DNA of 64,000 nucleotides from an uncultured virus (IMG/VR IMGVR_UViG_3300032560_000008) (IMGVR_UViG_3300032560_000008), one strand, 5' to 3'; counted from the first letter of the stretch, positions 21,479-30,579 are shown. Translations and numbers: made by a program. The notes: generated by a model from the letters alone, not told the origin.

Positions 21479-23711
21479 TGAGGAGACTTCTCTCCCAAAA
21501 CAAAATAATACTCCTGGATTTGCAAAATCTGCTTTGAAGCAAATTGGCGGTGCTACTTTTAGTGCATTGTTTCCAAATCTTAATGCTTTAATTTCTAAAA
21601 ATTTGGATACCCTTGATACTGAGGAGCAAGGTGAGGAACGAGAAGAATATAATATTGAAAGAACATTTACGGGTTCTGTTGAACGTGTAGCTTCATTGAT
21701 TGAGAATAGCAATTCCTTGTTGGAACTTGCACATTCAAATATAGTCAAACAGAATGAAATTCTCAATCATATTATTTCGGAATATGATTCTGGTTCTGCT
21801 TCTTCAAATGCTGGACTGATTGATGCTTTAAGAAGAGTTAAACAATCAAAAGCAAAAGCAACTGAGGAAGAAGAAGCCAGAAGAAAAGCTGAGGAAGGGA
21901 AAAGAGTTGCAGAAGAAGAAGCAAGAAGAAATGCTCAGAAAACAGCTGAGCAAGAAACACCTGAAGAAAATCTTAAAAAACCTGTTGAAAAGAATCCGAA
22001 CAAGCCATCCAAAAAGATAGATTTAAAAGAAGAACGAGTAATTTCACCCGAGGATCTTCTAGATAAAAATGGTAATGAATTAAAAGGTTCTGCAAGAGAT
22101 GCTCGAATTGAGAAACTTGAACGCGAAGGTAAAATAAATTTATTTGATAAAAATGGTAATGAATTAAAAGGTTCTGCAAGAGATGCTCGTCTTGAAAAGA
22201 TTGCACGTTCAAGAGCAGAAACAACACCAGCACCAGAACCAGCACCTGTAGAGACTCCTGCTCCTTCAACAAAAGTAGAAGCACCCAGACCTGTAGAAGC
22301 ACCACCTGAAAGTTTTTGGCAACGAACAACAAGAACACTAGGTAATGTTGCGGAATCAGCCAAATCTGGTATTTCTTCTGTTGCAAGTGAAGGCGCTGAA
22401 ATTGGAAGAAAAAGTTTAAAAATAGCTGGTAAAGCCGTCGGTGCAGTTGACAGTGCACTTGCTGGCGCTGTTGAGACTGTTGCAGGTAAGGTGTTAATGC
22501 CTGCTCTAATTGCAAAGACAATATATGATGGTTTTGTTGAAATAATGGAATTAGATTCAAATGATCCAAATTATAAGGTAAATGTTACAAAAGTTATAGC
22601 ACATTTAGTGGATCAATTTGGTTTGGCTTGGGTTGGTGGTGTTATAGGAACATACATTGGCGCTATGGCAGGTTCTGTTGTTCCTGGATTTGGGAATTTA
22701 GTAGGTGCTGCGGTCGGTCTTATTGGTGGCTTTGCAGGTGGATATGTTGCTTCGGAATTTTTAGGTAAAAGTGTTGATGATCTTGTTGATTCAATTATAG
22801 ATCAAATTGCTGCAAAAACTTCTACCACAGCAGTAGGTAAAGATAAAGATGTTCCAGAATTATTATTTACGCCTGAAGGTATACCTATCACCTTACCCAA
22901 AGCCGTGAATGAAATTGTCAATAAAAATGAAGGTGATTCAAAAGTGGAAGCTTTGAATCTTGATGCAAAAAAGATTGTAATTGATAGTTCCGATGGTAGT
23001 TCCGACAGTTTCTTTTCTAGACTTGGTAAGTCACTTGTTTCGGGTGCTGAAGCCGTTGGTTCTGGTCTATCATCTGCGGCATCAGCCGTCGGAACTGCTG
23101 TATCATCTGCTGCCTCGGCCGTAGGTGATTTTATTGGCTTTACTGCTTCATCTGGTGTTCAAGCAATTCTTGATACTATCAAAGGTCGAGAATCCGGTGG
23201 CAATTATAAGATACATGCTAAAGGTTCATCGGCTTCTGGTGCATATCAGTTTATTGATTCTACATGGCAGAGTTTAACAAAGAAATTTGGTGTCGGAACA
23301 GAATATAAAAGTGCAGCAGATGCTCCACCAGGCATTCAAGATCAAATTGCTGGTAATTTTATTTCTGATATTTTAAAAGCAAATAACAATGATGTGTCAA
23401 AAGTACCTCTTGTTTGGTATACTGGTAATGCTCAAGGGAAAATATCTGAAGCGGCATTAGCAGAAAATCGTGGTCTTACTCCACAACAATATCAAGCACA
23501 TTGGATGCAAGATTATGCTAAGCGTTCCGGTCAACAATTAGCACAAGCTTCTACAGCAGATCAAGCAGCAACTACAGCACCTAAAAATATAGCCGCAAAT
23601 GTTCCTGTTCCAGTTCAACAAGGTTCTGGCACTACTCCTTCTTCAGCACAAGCAACAAACACAACAGATATATCAATAAAACAACGACTAGGGCAAGCAT
23701 TGGCAGCATAA
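21471..23711 (+). CDS. Tape-measure-like tail protein with lysozyme/transglycosylase-like domain
   Basis: Ala/Gly-rich helical sequence, glycine-zipper hydrophobic segment, ESGGNY...ASGAYQF...TW lysozyme-fold motif; follows gp26/51; probable GTG start at 21471 after AAGGA. Confidence 0.65.
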   Translation: MANEETSLPKQNNTPGFAKSALKQIGGATFSALFPNLNALISKNLDTLDTEEQGEEREEYNIERTFTGSVERVASLIENSNSLLELAHSNIVKQNEILNHIISEYDSGSASSNAGLIDALRRVKQSKAKATEEEEARRKAEEGKRVAEEEARRNAQKTAEQETPEENLKKPVEKNPNKPSKKIDLKEERVISPEDLLDKNGNELKGSARDARIEKLEREGKINLFDKNGNELKGSARDARLEKIARSRAETTPAPEPAPVETPAPSTKVEAPRPVEAPPESFWQRTTRTLGNVAESAKSGISSVASEGAEIGRKSLKIAGKAVGAVDSALAGAVETVAGKVLMPALIAKTIYDGFVEIMELDSNDPNYKVNVTKVIAHLVDQFGLAWVGGVIGTYIGAMAGSVVPGFGNLVGAAVGLIGGFAGGYVASEFLGKSVDDLVDSIIDQIAAKTSTTAVGKDKDVPELLFTPEGIPITLPKAVNEIVNKNEGDSKVEALNLDAKKIVIDSSDGSSDSFFSRLGKSLVSGAEAVGSGLSSAASAVGTAVSSAASAVGDFIGFTASSGVQAILDTIKGRESGGNYKIHAKGSSASGAYQFIDSTWQSLTKKFGVGTEYKSAADAPPGIQDQIAGNFISDILKANNNDVSKVPLVWYTGNAQGKISEAALAENRGLTPQQYQAHWMQDYAKRSGQQLAQASTADQAATTAPKNIAANVPVPVQQGSGTTPSSAQATNTTDISIKQRLGQALAA

Positions 23712-23712
23712 T

Positions 23713-25701
23713 ATGGCAAAGAAAAATTCTTCATTTAAAGTTACTTCTTCAAGTTCTGGTGGTGTTACACCTGAGGAATTAGAGAATTTTCAAGCTCTTT
23801 TAAAAAGACTGGCTGAAGAACAGAATTTAAAACCTGAAATCCCAGAACCAACTGAACCAACAGTTGAATCTGTTGTTGAAATGGGTATTGAAAAGAAGAA
23901 AAAAGAAAGAAAAACAAAGTCAGATATTGGTTCTCGAGATGATATAGTTGTTGTTGATAGAAATACAGGTGAAGAATCAAAAATATCACCTGAAGTTTTA
24001 GCAAAACAAGGTTTAAAGAATACATTAAAAAATGGTGGTTCTTCTGCTTCTTCTGGTGATACATCATTTGGCGGTAAAGTATTTGACTTCATGTTTCCTC
24101 AGTTGTCAAAACTTATTAATGCATTTGAATCACAAAATAAAGCAACAGAAAAAGGATTTGATACTGCTGAGAGAAAAAAAGCCTCTGAAATTGGATCTGT
24201 GGCAATTCAAATATCAAATACAAATAAACTTCTTACAGAACTTACAGATGAACAAACTACCACAACATCTCTTCTTGAAAAACTTTTAGAAGTAATCAAA
24301 AAAGGAAGTCATGGATCTTTAGGTAATATAGGTGATATGGTTGAAAATTTACTTGCTGAATCAGGTACTTCTTCACTTTTAAGTAAAGGTAAAAATTTAA
24401 TTTCCGGCGCTGCAAGTGGTGTTGGTGGATTTGCAAAAAGAATTGGTTCTTCTGCACTAGCAACTGGTGCAAATATATTTTCAAAAGCTGTTCCATTTCT
24501 TAGTAGTGCTGGTTCAGCATTAGCAGAAGCAGGTGGTACCGTTGCGGAATTTGCAACAAGTGCAGCAGGTGGTACTATTGCTGCAGGTGCTTCTGTTGCT
24601 GCATTAACTGGTCTTGGTCTTTATAAAGCAAGAAATACACCTGAAGGTATTGCAGAAACACAACAATCATTCAGAAATCTTGAGCAAACTGCAAAAGGTG
24701 AGAGAACAACACAAGAAGCATTTGGTGATCTTCCATCTCCTTCTTCCCCTGACGTATCAAGTTTATCTGAAGAACAGGCAAAAGCATTAATACAATCTTA
24801 TGCTCCATCTGAAGATATTATGAAAAAGTGGATGGATGCTTGGAGATTAGATTCCGATGCAGAAAAAAATAAAAGAATTGATGCATTAGTCAAAAGAACT
24901 CTTTCACATATGAAACTTAGTGATGACGATGAAGCCAAAGAAGTTGCTTATGGTTATGCAAAACAACACAATTATGGTTCATCTTTTTATCAACAGACTC
25001 CATCTATGCTTGATTCTCTAGAAAATCATTTAGCATTGAATATTAGACAAAGTTCGGCTCAAAATTTTGCAAAACGTATGGGTATAGAAGACACAGATAA
25101 TTTACAATATAAAATGATTGGTAATATACCAGTATCTATTAATGGCCAAGAAGTGCCTGATGATTTATACGATGATCCACAACGTGCTCATCTGAAAAAT
25201 ATGAAACAATTTTCGGATGCACAATCTTCTATGCCACAACCTGCTTTACCCGAGCCAGGTGATATTCCACCTTCCGCAATGCCTTTATCAAAAGAATCAC
25301 CTTCAGCATCTTCTTCATTATTACAAAGTCAAGGTAATAATATTGATGTGAATGTTGAGGATAAAAAAGTAGGTGTGAAAGCAAGTGAAATTAAATTTTC
25401 GGCAGATAATATTAGTTTTGAACAAAATGGAGTTCCTCTTGAGGAACTTCAACCAAAACCTGCTACACCACAAACTTCAGAACCATCTACTGGTGCACAA
25501 GCCATAGTTGCATCAACGCAAAGTGAAATGTCTGCAAGGTCTAATGCCACACCTAATGTTTCTGTTAATCCTATTGCAATGCCATCGGCCGAACCTATGC
25601 CTGGCTTAGGCTCTGTCCAATTTCCTTTGAGTAAAGATGATCCCGGGAATCTTGAACCAGCAGATTCAGCCGAACGATATAAAAACATATTTGATTTATA
25701 G
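23713..25701 (+). CDS. Second long tail/baseplate hub protein (tape-measure or gp29-like)
   Basis: Low-complexity Ala/Gly/Ser helical protein in the tail module; no clear catalytic motif. Confidence 0.45.
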   Translation: MAKKNSSFKVTSSSSGGVTPEELENFQALLKRLAEEQNLKPEIPEPTEPTVESVVEMGIEKKKKERKTKSDIGSRDDIVVVDRNTGEESKISPEVLAKQGLKNTLKNGGSSASSGDTSFGGKVFDFMFPQLSKLINAFESQNKATEKGFDTAERKKASEIGSVAIQISNTNKLLTELTDEQTTTTSLLEKLLEVIKKGSHGSLGNIGDMVENLLAESGTSSLLSKGKNLISGAASGVGGFAKRIGSSALATGANIFSKAVPFLSSAGSALAEAGGTVAEFATSAAGGTIAAGASVAALTGLGLYKARNTPEGIAETQQSFRNLEQTAKGERTTQEAFGDLPSPSSPDVSSLSEEQAKALIQSYAPSEDIMKKWMDAWRLDSDAEKNKRIDALVKRTLSHMKLSDDDEAKEVAYGYAKQHNYGSSFYQQTPSMLDSLENHLALNIRQSSAQNFAKRMGIEDTDNLQYKMIGNIPVSINGQEVPDDLYDDPQRAHLKNMKQFSDAQSSMPQPALPEPGDIPPSAMPLSKESPSASSSLLQSQGNNIDVNVEDKKVGVKASEIKFSADNISFEQNGVPLEELQPKPATPQTSEPSTGAQAIVASTQSEMSARSNATPNVSVNPIAMPSAEPMPGLGSVQFPLSKDDPGNLEPADSAERYKNIFDL

Positions 25702-25705
25702 GATA

Positions 25706-25741
25706 AAAGAAAAGCCCTGAGTTTCCCCAGGGCTTTCTTTA
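25706..25741. terminator. Bidirectional intrinsic terminator
   Basis: aaagaaaagccctg-agtttccc-cagggctttcttt hairpin with A/T tails between convergent genes. Confidence 0.8.
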
Positions 25742-26653
25742 TTAGTCCTTTGAAAGACGTTTGAAGAATTCTAAGTCATCATCTTCATCATCTGACGTAG
25801 AAGACTGAACTGCCGCACGTTCAACCTTAGGTGGTGTCCATGGTAGTTCATCATCCTCAGGCTCAGGTGTCTTTGTCCGAGCCTTTGTAAGCTTAGATGC
25901 ATCATCAAGTCCCAAAACCTTATCAAGCTTCTTCTTGAGTTCTTCATAACTCTTGAAGTTGCTAGGGTCAAGGAATGCTTGCAGAGAATGTTGCTGATTC
26001 CAAACCTTCTCCATAGCATCGTCATCATCAAATAGAGGGCCAGGTGTTGCAAATTCTGACTTATCATAATTGCGATACCCTTCAACATTCCGAATCTTGA
26101 GCTTGAATGTAGCACCAGCCCAGAAGTCAAAAGGATTCATTGGCTTTTCATCTTCAAACTGAGGATTCATGACCTCATTTAGCTTATCAAAGATTTTCTT
26201 GCCATACTTAAAGAGAAAAACCTTTCCGTTATTCTCTGGATTGGCAGAGTCTTGGATAACATAAATGTTTGAGATATAACTTAGCTTACGCTTTTGTTCT
26301 CGTGCCTGCTTACGACCAGGTGAATTTTCATCAGATGATTGATTCCAAAGAACGGAATTCAATTCACCGACAGGATCATTCTTGCCGATAGTAGTTAGAG
26401 AATTTTCAAAATACCAAAGTCCAGTTGGGCCTTTGAAAGCATGTTCAAACATACGAATGAATGGAACATCTTCATTAGCAGAAGGAGGTAGGAATCGGAT
26501 CATAGCAAATCCATTACCTGCCTTATCAACATTGGGATACCAGAAGCGAGTATCCTTAGATGATTCAGTACCAGAATTTAGCTTTGAAAGTTCTTGTGTC
26601 AACTTCTCCAAGGAACTCTTAGAAGAAGATTTTAGTGCAGAAAAAGAATTCAT
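25742..26653 (-). CDS. gp32: Single-stranded DNA-binding protein gp32
   Basis: D.RFW.P..DKAGNG.A.IRFLP, H.F.GP.G.WY.ENSLTT, GKKIFDK, NPFD.W.GA.FKLKI and an acidic tail. Confidence 0.96.
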   Translation of the reverse strand: MNSFSALKSSSKSSLEKLTQELSKLNSGTESSKDTRFWYPNVDKAGNGFAMIRFLPPSANEDVPFIRMFEHAFKGPTGLWYFENSLTTIGKNDPVGELNSVLWNQSSDENSPGRKQAREQKRKLSYISNIYVIQDSANPENNGKVFLFKYGKKIFDKLNEVMNPQFEDEKPMNPFDFWAGATFKLKIRNVEGYRNYDKSEFATPGPLFDDDDAMEKVWNQQHSLQAFLDPSNFKSYEELKKKLDKVLGLDDASKLTKARTKTPEPEDDELPWTPPKVERAAVQSSTSDDEDDDLEFFKRLSKD

Positions 26654-26700
26654 ATGTAACCTCGTATATATTAGTATATTTTAGTATGTTAGTATATTGG
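26654..26700 (-). promoter_or_regulatory. Candidate gp32 autogenous translational operator (A/U-rich repeats)
   Basis: Three (T/C)ATACTAA copies directly upstream of the GAGG Shine-Dalgarno and ATG, resembling the unstructured T4 gene 32 leader. Confidence 0.45.
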
Positions 26701-26987
26701 GCCCGTTCTGTTTCTAGGTGGAGCCCATACCCAATGAGGTTATGCCGCTAGGGCAGTTCCCTCAAATGCAACATTATCGTTGGCATTTATAGTTTTTGAA
26801 CTGATTGTGAGTCGTGTCTTACTCATTGCCTACCTCAACCCTTACCACAGCTGATCGAACCTAGTCACCCCCATCATAAACACACGACTTGCATCCAGTG
26901 TTCTGACATACCGTGTGCTTATGGTGGAGGTGGGGAGAGTCGCACTCCCGTCTCAGCAAGTCTATTTGATTGCAATCAACAGCAACA
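26699..26987 (-). ncRNA. ssrA: Circularly permuted (two-piece) tmRNA; tag peptide ANDNVAFEGTALAA
   Basis: Acceptor piece: T-arm GGGAG-TGCGACT-CTCCC plus CACCTCC-A-CCA, ending at 26922. Then an intervening hairpin. Coding piece starts GGGGGTG at 26872 and gives a 7-bp acceptor stem with G3:U70. Tag frame 26784-26740. Outer ends approximate. Confidence 0.93.
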
Positions 26988-26991
26988 TTTA

Positions 26992-27022
26992 TATTTATAC
27001 ACCATTTAAATGGTATTGTCAA
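26992..27022 (-). promoter_or_regulatory. Overlapping sigma70-type and late promoter for tmRNA/gp32
   Basis: TTGACA-17 nt-TATAAA, where the -10 is part of TATAAATA; palindrome ACCATTTAAATGGT in the spacer. Confidence 0.7.
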
Positions 27023-27029
27023 CAAAAAA

Positions 27030-27104
27030 TTACCATCTCAAATCTTCTATAACTTGACTCCAAATAGGATTCCAAATTTGACGAGTATAGTTTTTTTCTA
27101 CCAT
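27030..27104 (-). CDS. DDLRW-family microprotein (24 aa)
   Basis: Manual translation MVEKNYTRQIWNPIWSQVIEDLRW*. Confidence 0.6.
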   Translation of the reverse strand: MVEKNYTRQIWNPIWSQVIEDLRW

Positions 27105-27268
27105 TTTAGATCAATTCTAATTTGCTCCCATAAAAGATATTTCAAATTTTGATATACGTCTTGTCCAGTAACATCCCACCAAATTTTATTCATAACGGAA
27201 TCAGAGAACTCATCATGAAATGTATTATTAATTTGAAGTATTGTGCGATCAATTTTATTTCTTACCAT
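27098..27268 (-). CDS. DDLRW-family microprotein, divergent (56 aa)
   Basis: Manual translation MVRNKIDRTILQ...LLWEQIRIDLKW*. Confidence 0.65.
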   Translation of the reverse strand: MVRNKIDRTILQINNTFHDEFSDSVMNKIWWDVTGQDVYQNLKYLLWEQIRIDLKW

Positions 27269-27465
27269 CTTAGATCATCCCAGATTTGAATCAAGACCGG
27301 TTCTATGACCTGAAACCAAACCTGAAACCAAACCTGATGCCCAAACTGATGCCCAACCTGATCCAAGACCTGTTCCCTGACATGATCCAAGACCTGTTCC
27401 CTGACATGATACCTGACCTGATGGGTGATCTGATATCTGACACTATCAATATCTTTCTTTACCAT
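27262..27465 (-). CDS. xxQV-repeat DDLRW microprotein
   Basis: ORF track MVKKDIDSVRYQ...IWDDLRW. Confidence 0.75.
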   Translation of the reverse strand: MVKKDIDSVRYQITHQVRYHVREQVLDHVREQVLDQVGHQFGHQVWFQVWFQVIEPVLIQIWDDLRW

Positions 27466-27626
27466 TTCAGATCATCCTCGGCCTGATACCTAACATGAAT
27501 TCTGATGTGATCCCAAACCTGATCACTGACCTGATCCCAAACCTGATTTCTGATCAGTTCATTCGTATAAATCCAGTGCTTATCCCGGACTTGCCATTTG
27601 GCTTTGTTAATATCACTCTTTACCAT
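27459..27626 (-). CDS. xxQV-repeat DDLKW microprotein
   Basis: Start placed at the junction ATG (MVKSDINK...QAEDDLKW). Confidence 0.7.
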   Translation of the reverse strand: MVKSDINKAKWQVRDKHWIYTNELIRNQVWDQVSDQVWDHIRIHVRYQAEDDLKW

Positions 27627-27782
27627 TCCAACTGATCCATCATTGCCCATAAAAGATCACAACTAAAATTCCAATAGACTTTAATCATCACATCATTTCT
27701 CAATGAAGCAACCTCCTCATAAGCACTATCACTTATGAGGAGGCCACAGTCCCATGATTTAAAGATGTGATCCTTTACAGTC
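27620..27782 (-). pseudogene. Degenerate cassette (VKDHIFK...DQLEW) whose junction ATG appears replaced by ACT
   Basis: CTGAGACTGTAAAG at the end of the DUF6745-like gene resembles the junction CTGAGATGGTAAAG. Confidence 0.4.
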
Positions 27783-28640
27783 TCAGGTACGAACTTCGAG
27801 CTCACGAAGATCTTCCGGATTGAGACCAAAAGTCCAGGCATTGGCTTCTAAAGCAGTCTTCATATCAGGAGGTACTGGGATTGCAAAATCACGACCAGTC
27901 CCGCACTTGACCATCAAAAACTTTTCCTTACCGGCATCAGGCAAATCAACCTCAACGAGAGTGCCGATCTGTTCGTCCTCGTCCTTTTCAACAACAGAAT
28001 AGTTTAGATCCTCAAGAATTTTGCTCCATCCAACAATTTCACATGCTGCACGACGCATCTCGATATTATCTTGACCCAGAGCCTTTGCAGCAGTAAGCGT
28101 TTCCTTTTCCATGATCCATTCACGAGGAACACGAAGACCATGCCAACTATAAACAGCAAAGCCATCGCGATAGAGAACAGATGGACGATCCTCTGCATGA
28201 AGAACATTGTTCTCATCCATACGAATATGAGAAGGACGATCCATAATAATGGCAAGATCCTGTGAAACCCAGACCCAACCCGAACTCTTGGCAAGTTCAA
28301 TCAGACCATTGGCCTTGTTAAGATCAAGACCAACAACTTCCTGGAAGTAGTCAATGTAAGAAGCCCAGTCAGCTTCGTGACCACCGAAGATGATATTGGA
28401 ATTGAATTCGTCCCAAGTAGCGTTGGGAAAAGTCTCACGAAATACCCGAACCATATCCTTGGGACCAGACGCAAACAAAACCGTCTTGGGAGGAGCAAGA
28501 TCTGCAGCCTGATAAGCCATATTCAATGCTGCAACAGCAGCATCACGATCAATCGTCTCAGTAGAGAGACCAATGTCAATCCACTTGTCACGGTAGATCG
28601 GCATCTGATCCTGCTGTTCCTTGGTAAGTTCCGTAATCAT
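27783..28640 (-). CDS. DUF6745-family protein
   Basis: LT.EQ......DKW..IGLST...DR, G.H.A.W....DYF, LA...GW.W, LH.ED.P...Y.DG...Y.WHG..VP, N.E.RR and C-terminal VPP....A..A.AWTFG motifs. Confidence 0.75.
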   Translation of the reverse strand: MITELTKEQQDQMPIYRDKWIDIGLSTETIDRDAAVAALNMAYQAADLAPPKTVLFASGPKDMVRVFRETFPNATWDEFNSNIIFGGHEADWASYIDYFQEVVGLDLNKANGLIELAKSSGWVWVSQDLAIIMDRPSHIRMDENNVLHAEDRPSVLYRDGFAVYSWHGLRVPREWIMEKETLTAAKALGQDNIEMRRAACEIVGWSKILEDLNYSVVEKDEDEQIGTLVEVDLPDAGKEKFLMVKCGTGRDFAIPVPPDMKTALEANAWTFGLNPEDLRELEVRT

Positions 28641-28673
28641 TTTAAGTTCCTTTCACAGTGTTTCAATAAAGGC

Positions 28674-28702
28674 ATAATACCATTGGTTGCTGATATTGTC
28701 AA
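28674..28702 (-). promoter_or_regulatory. Early sigma70-type promoter for the DUF6745-like gene
   Basis: TTGACA-17 nt-TATTAT upstream of AAGGA and ATG. Confidence 0.65.
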
Positions 28703-28710
28703 TGGTTTTT

Positions 28711-28926
28711 TCACCATCTTAGATCATTTTCAAACTGCCACCTGACCTGATCCCAGACCTGATTCCTGACCTGATCCCAGACCTGATTCCTGACCTGATT
28801 ATAGACCTGATATCTGACCTGATCCCAGACCTGATCCCAGACCTGATATCTGACCTGATTATAGACCTGATTATAGACCTGATATCTGACCTGATTCCTA
28901 ACTTTCTTAATTCTATTCATTACCAT
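28711..28926 (-). CDS. xxQV-repeat DLRW microprotein
   Basis: ORF track; near-perfect 4-aa repeats. Confidence 0.75.
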   Translation of the reverse strand: MVMNRIKKVRNQVRYQVYNQVYNQVRYQVWDQVWDQVRYQVYNQVRNQVWDQVRNQVWDQVRWQFENDLRW

Positions 28927-29090
28927 CTTAGATCATCCTCGACCTGATCCCAGACCTGATCCCAGACCTGATACCAGACCTGATCCCAGACCTGATATCT
29001 GACCTGATACCAGACTGGATGCCAGACATGACGATTGACTTGATCCAAGGCCTGATTTGTGTTCATACGCCTAATCTCGTTCTTTACCAT
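28920..29090 (-). CDS. xxQV-repeat DDLRW microprotein (56 aa)
   Basis: Manual translation MVKNEIRRMNTNQALDQVNRHVWHPVWYQVRYQVWDQVWYQVWDQVWDQVEDDLRW*. Confidence 0.75.
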   Translation of the reverse strand: MVKNEIRRMNTNQALDQVNRHVWHPVWYQVRYQVWDQVWYQVWDQVWDQVEDDLRW

Positions 29091-29197
29091 CTCAGATCAT
29101 CCCTAACTTGATCAAATATTTCAATTAATTGAAATATGACTTGTTCTATGATCAAAAACACCTTCGTTGACTTTTCCCCATACTTGGAAACAAACAT
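29084..29197 (-). CDS. Chimeric DDLRW microprotein (37 aa)
   Basis: GAGG Shine-Dalgarno then MFVSKYGEKSTKVFLIIEQVIFQLIEIFDQVRDDLRW*; could instead be a frameshifted longer cassette. Confidence 0.45.
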   Translation of the reverse strand: MFVSKYGEKSTKVFLIIEQVIFQLIEIFDQVRDDLRW

Positions 29198-29282
29198 GAC
29201 ACCTCACAAAAGCAAAGTCAAAGCAATTATCCTTTAAGAAAGTAGTAATAGTGAATGCCATCATTGTATCTACCAAACCTTT

Positions 29283-29480
29283 CTAGCACGGAGCAGAAGA
29301 ACCTTTTAGATAAAACATAACATCTGCAATTTCTGAAGTTGTAAGAGGCGCCTCAAATGGCGCACCCTGATGCATCAGACGATTTGCAAGTCTGGAAAGT
29401 TTCACAGACTCACGGTCATCTGGTGTAGTCTCAGCAATCCCCATAATATGGGAAACAATCGCGGAAATATTCTTGTTCAT
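29283..29480 (-). CDS. Hypothetical early protein (65 aa)
   Basis: MNKNISAIVSHIMG... start follows AAGGGG, right after the ATPase stop; the ORF-track extension overlaps the ATPase. Confidence 0.65.
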   Translation of the reverse strand: MNKNISAIVSHIMGIAETTPDDRESVKLSRLANRLMHQGAPFEAPLTTSEIADVMFYLKGSSAPC

Positions 29481-29481
29481 A

Positions 29482-30354
29482 TTAAACCCCCTTCGTGCAG
29501 GTGATCTTGACAATTTTACGCCAATTGGTCGCATTTGTCTTACGGATCTTACCAATTTTAAGAACCATACGGAGAGAAAGTTCACGCAATTTGTTGTGAT
29601 TATCCTCGACGTATGCAAGAACATCAGACTGACCAGTTTTATCCAGACCGATATTCTCGAGGAGACCATCGCGCACGACTTGACGAATACGGATCAGGTA
29701 ATCGCGTGTGGTTTTCATGGCAAGGTCGATATAATGCGCGCGAGACATCATGGCCTGCATATGAGGCGCACGTTTGTCACCGCGGTCGATCATTGCATCG
29801 AAATCGTGGTTCGTGATGAAAATGATCGTGCCGTCGAACTGAAAGCTCTTGGGCAGAAGTTCGGCAGACTCTTCGTCGACCAAAGCACCTTCGGTGATGT
29901 ATGATACGATACGTTTGTCGTTGCTGTCACACACGGCCTTGAGCAGATTAATCGAGACGTCATCGAACCAAATGGCGTCAGCATCATCGAACACAAGCAC
30001 TTTGCCTGCCTGACGGTGCTGATACAGCAGTTTGAACAAGCCAGGGGCCCGAACGTAACCCTTCACGATCCGATGATTAGCCTCAGACGGATCATGCAGC
30101 TCGAGCGCCTTTTCGACGGTGAATGACTTGCCTAGACCAGCCGGACCAGACACAACCAGGGCACGAACGTCACCGGCGATGGCGGCATCCGTCATCATCG
30201 AAAGGACGTCAAACCGTTCTTGCAGCTTGACCTCAATATCAGAGTCAGACTCGACGACCAGCGGTTCGGCCGGAACGTCAGATCGCACGGTCATCATCCG
30301 AGCAATGTTATTCTTGGTATTACGAAAACCAGACTTAGGAACGCCACGAGGCAT
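29482..30354 (-). CDS. P-loop (AAA-like) ATPase, early gene
   Basis: Walker A GPAGLGKS, Walker B VLVFDDAD, sensor IFITN; likely start MPRGVPKSG. Confidence 0.85.
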   Translation of the reverse strand: MPRGVPKSGFRNTKNNIARMMTVRSDVPAEPLVVESDSDIEVKLQERFDVLSMMTDAAIAGDVRALVVSGPAGLGKSFTVEKALELHDPSEANHRIVKGYVRAPGLFKLLYQHRQAGKVLVFDDADAIWFDDVSINLLKAVCDSNDKRIVSYITEGALVDEESAELLPKSFQFDGTIIFITNHDFDAMIDRGDKRAPHMQAMMSRAHYIDLAMKTTRDYLIRIRQVVRDGLLENIGLDKTGQSDVLAYVEDNHNKLRELSLRMVLKIGKIRKTNATNWRKIVKITCTKGV

Positions 30355-30383
30355 TAGAAACCCTTTCAAACCATCATATATGC

Positions 30384-30412
30384 ATCTTAACTTATTCCGA
30401 GAAATAAGTCAA
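30384..30412 (-). promoter_or_regulatory. Early promoter (TTGACT-17-TAAGAT)
   Basis: Same architecture as the promoters at 30586-30614, 31009-31037 and 31285-31313, each followed 6 nt later by ATGATG. Confidence 0.75.
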
Positions 30413-30423
30413 CCCCATACCGG

Positions 30424-30579
30424 TCAGTTTTTAAACAAAAGTTCGAAGAAGATGGGCAGGGCGTTAGCCCCACCGTAGCGCAAAGCGGCGCAGAACACCG
30501 CGGCCGAGAGGGCGGCGCCCAGGAGGGCATCGCGGCAGGTAAAGAAAACCAGGTCAAACATTTGTCGCTTCATCATCAT
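30424..30579 (-). CDS. Small hydrophobic early protein (51 aa), probably leaderless
   Basis: Manual translation MMMKRQMFDLVFFTCRDALLGAALSAAVFCAALRYGGANALPIFFELLFKN*. Confidence 0.6.
   Translation of the reverse strand: MMMKRQMFDLVFFTCRDALLGAALSAAVFCAALRYGGANALPIFFELLFKN

Larger units (their letters stand above)
27030..27782 (-). repeat. Micro-ORF cassette array A (5 units, mostly degenerate)
   Basis: Units ending DLRW/DLKW/QLEW joined by ATGGTA(A/G) overlaps. Confidence 0.85.
28711..29197 (-). repeat. Micro-ORF cassette array B (3 units)
   Basis: 12-nt repeats (gacctgatNNNN on +) and three GATCTRAGATGGTRA junctions. Confidence 0.9.

Noticed and set aside
26922..26952. Standalone tRNA gene
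   Set aside because: Only a T-arm and acceptor 3' strand are present; it is the acceptor piece of the tmRNA.
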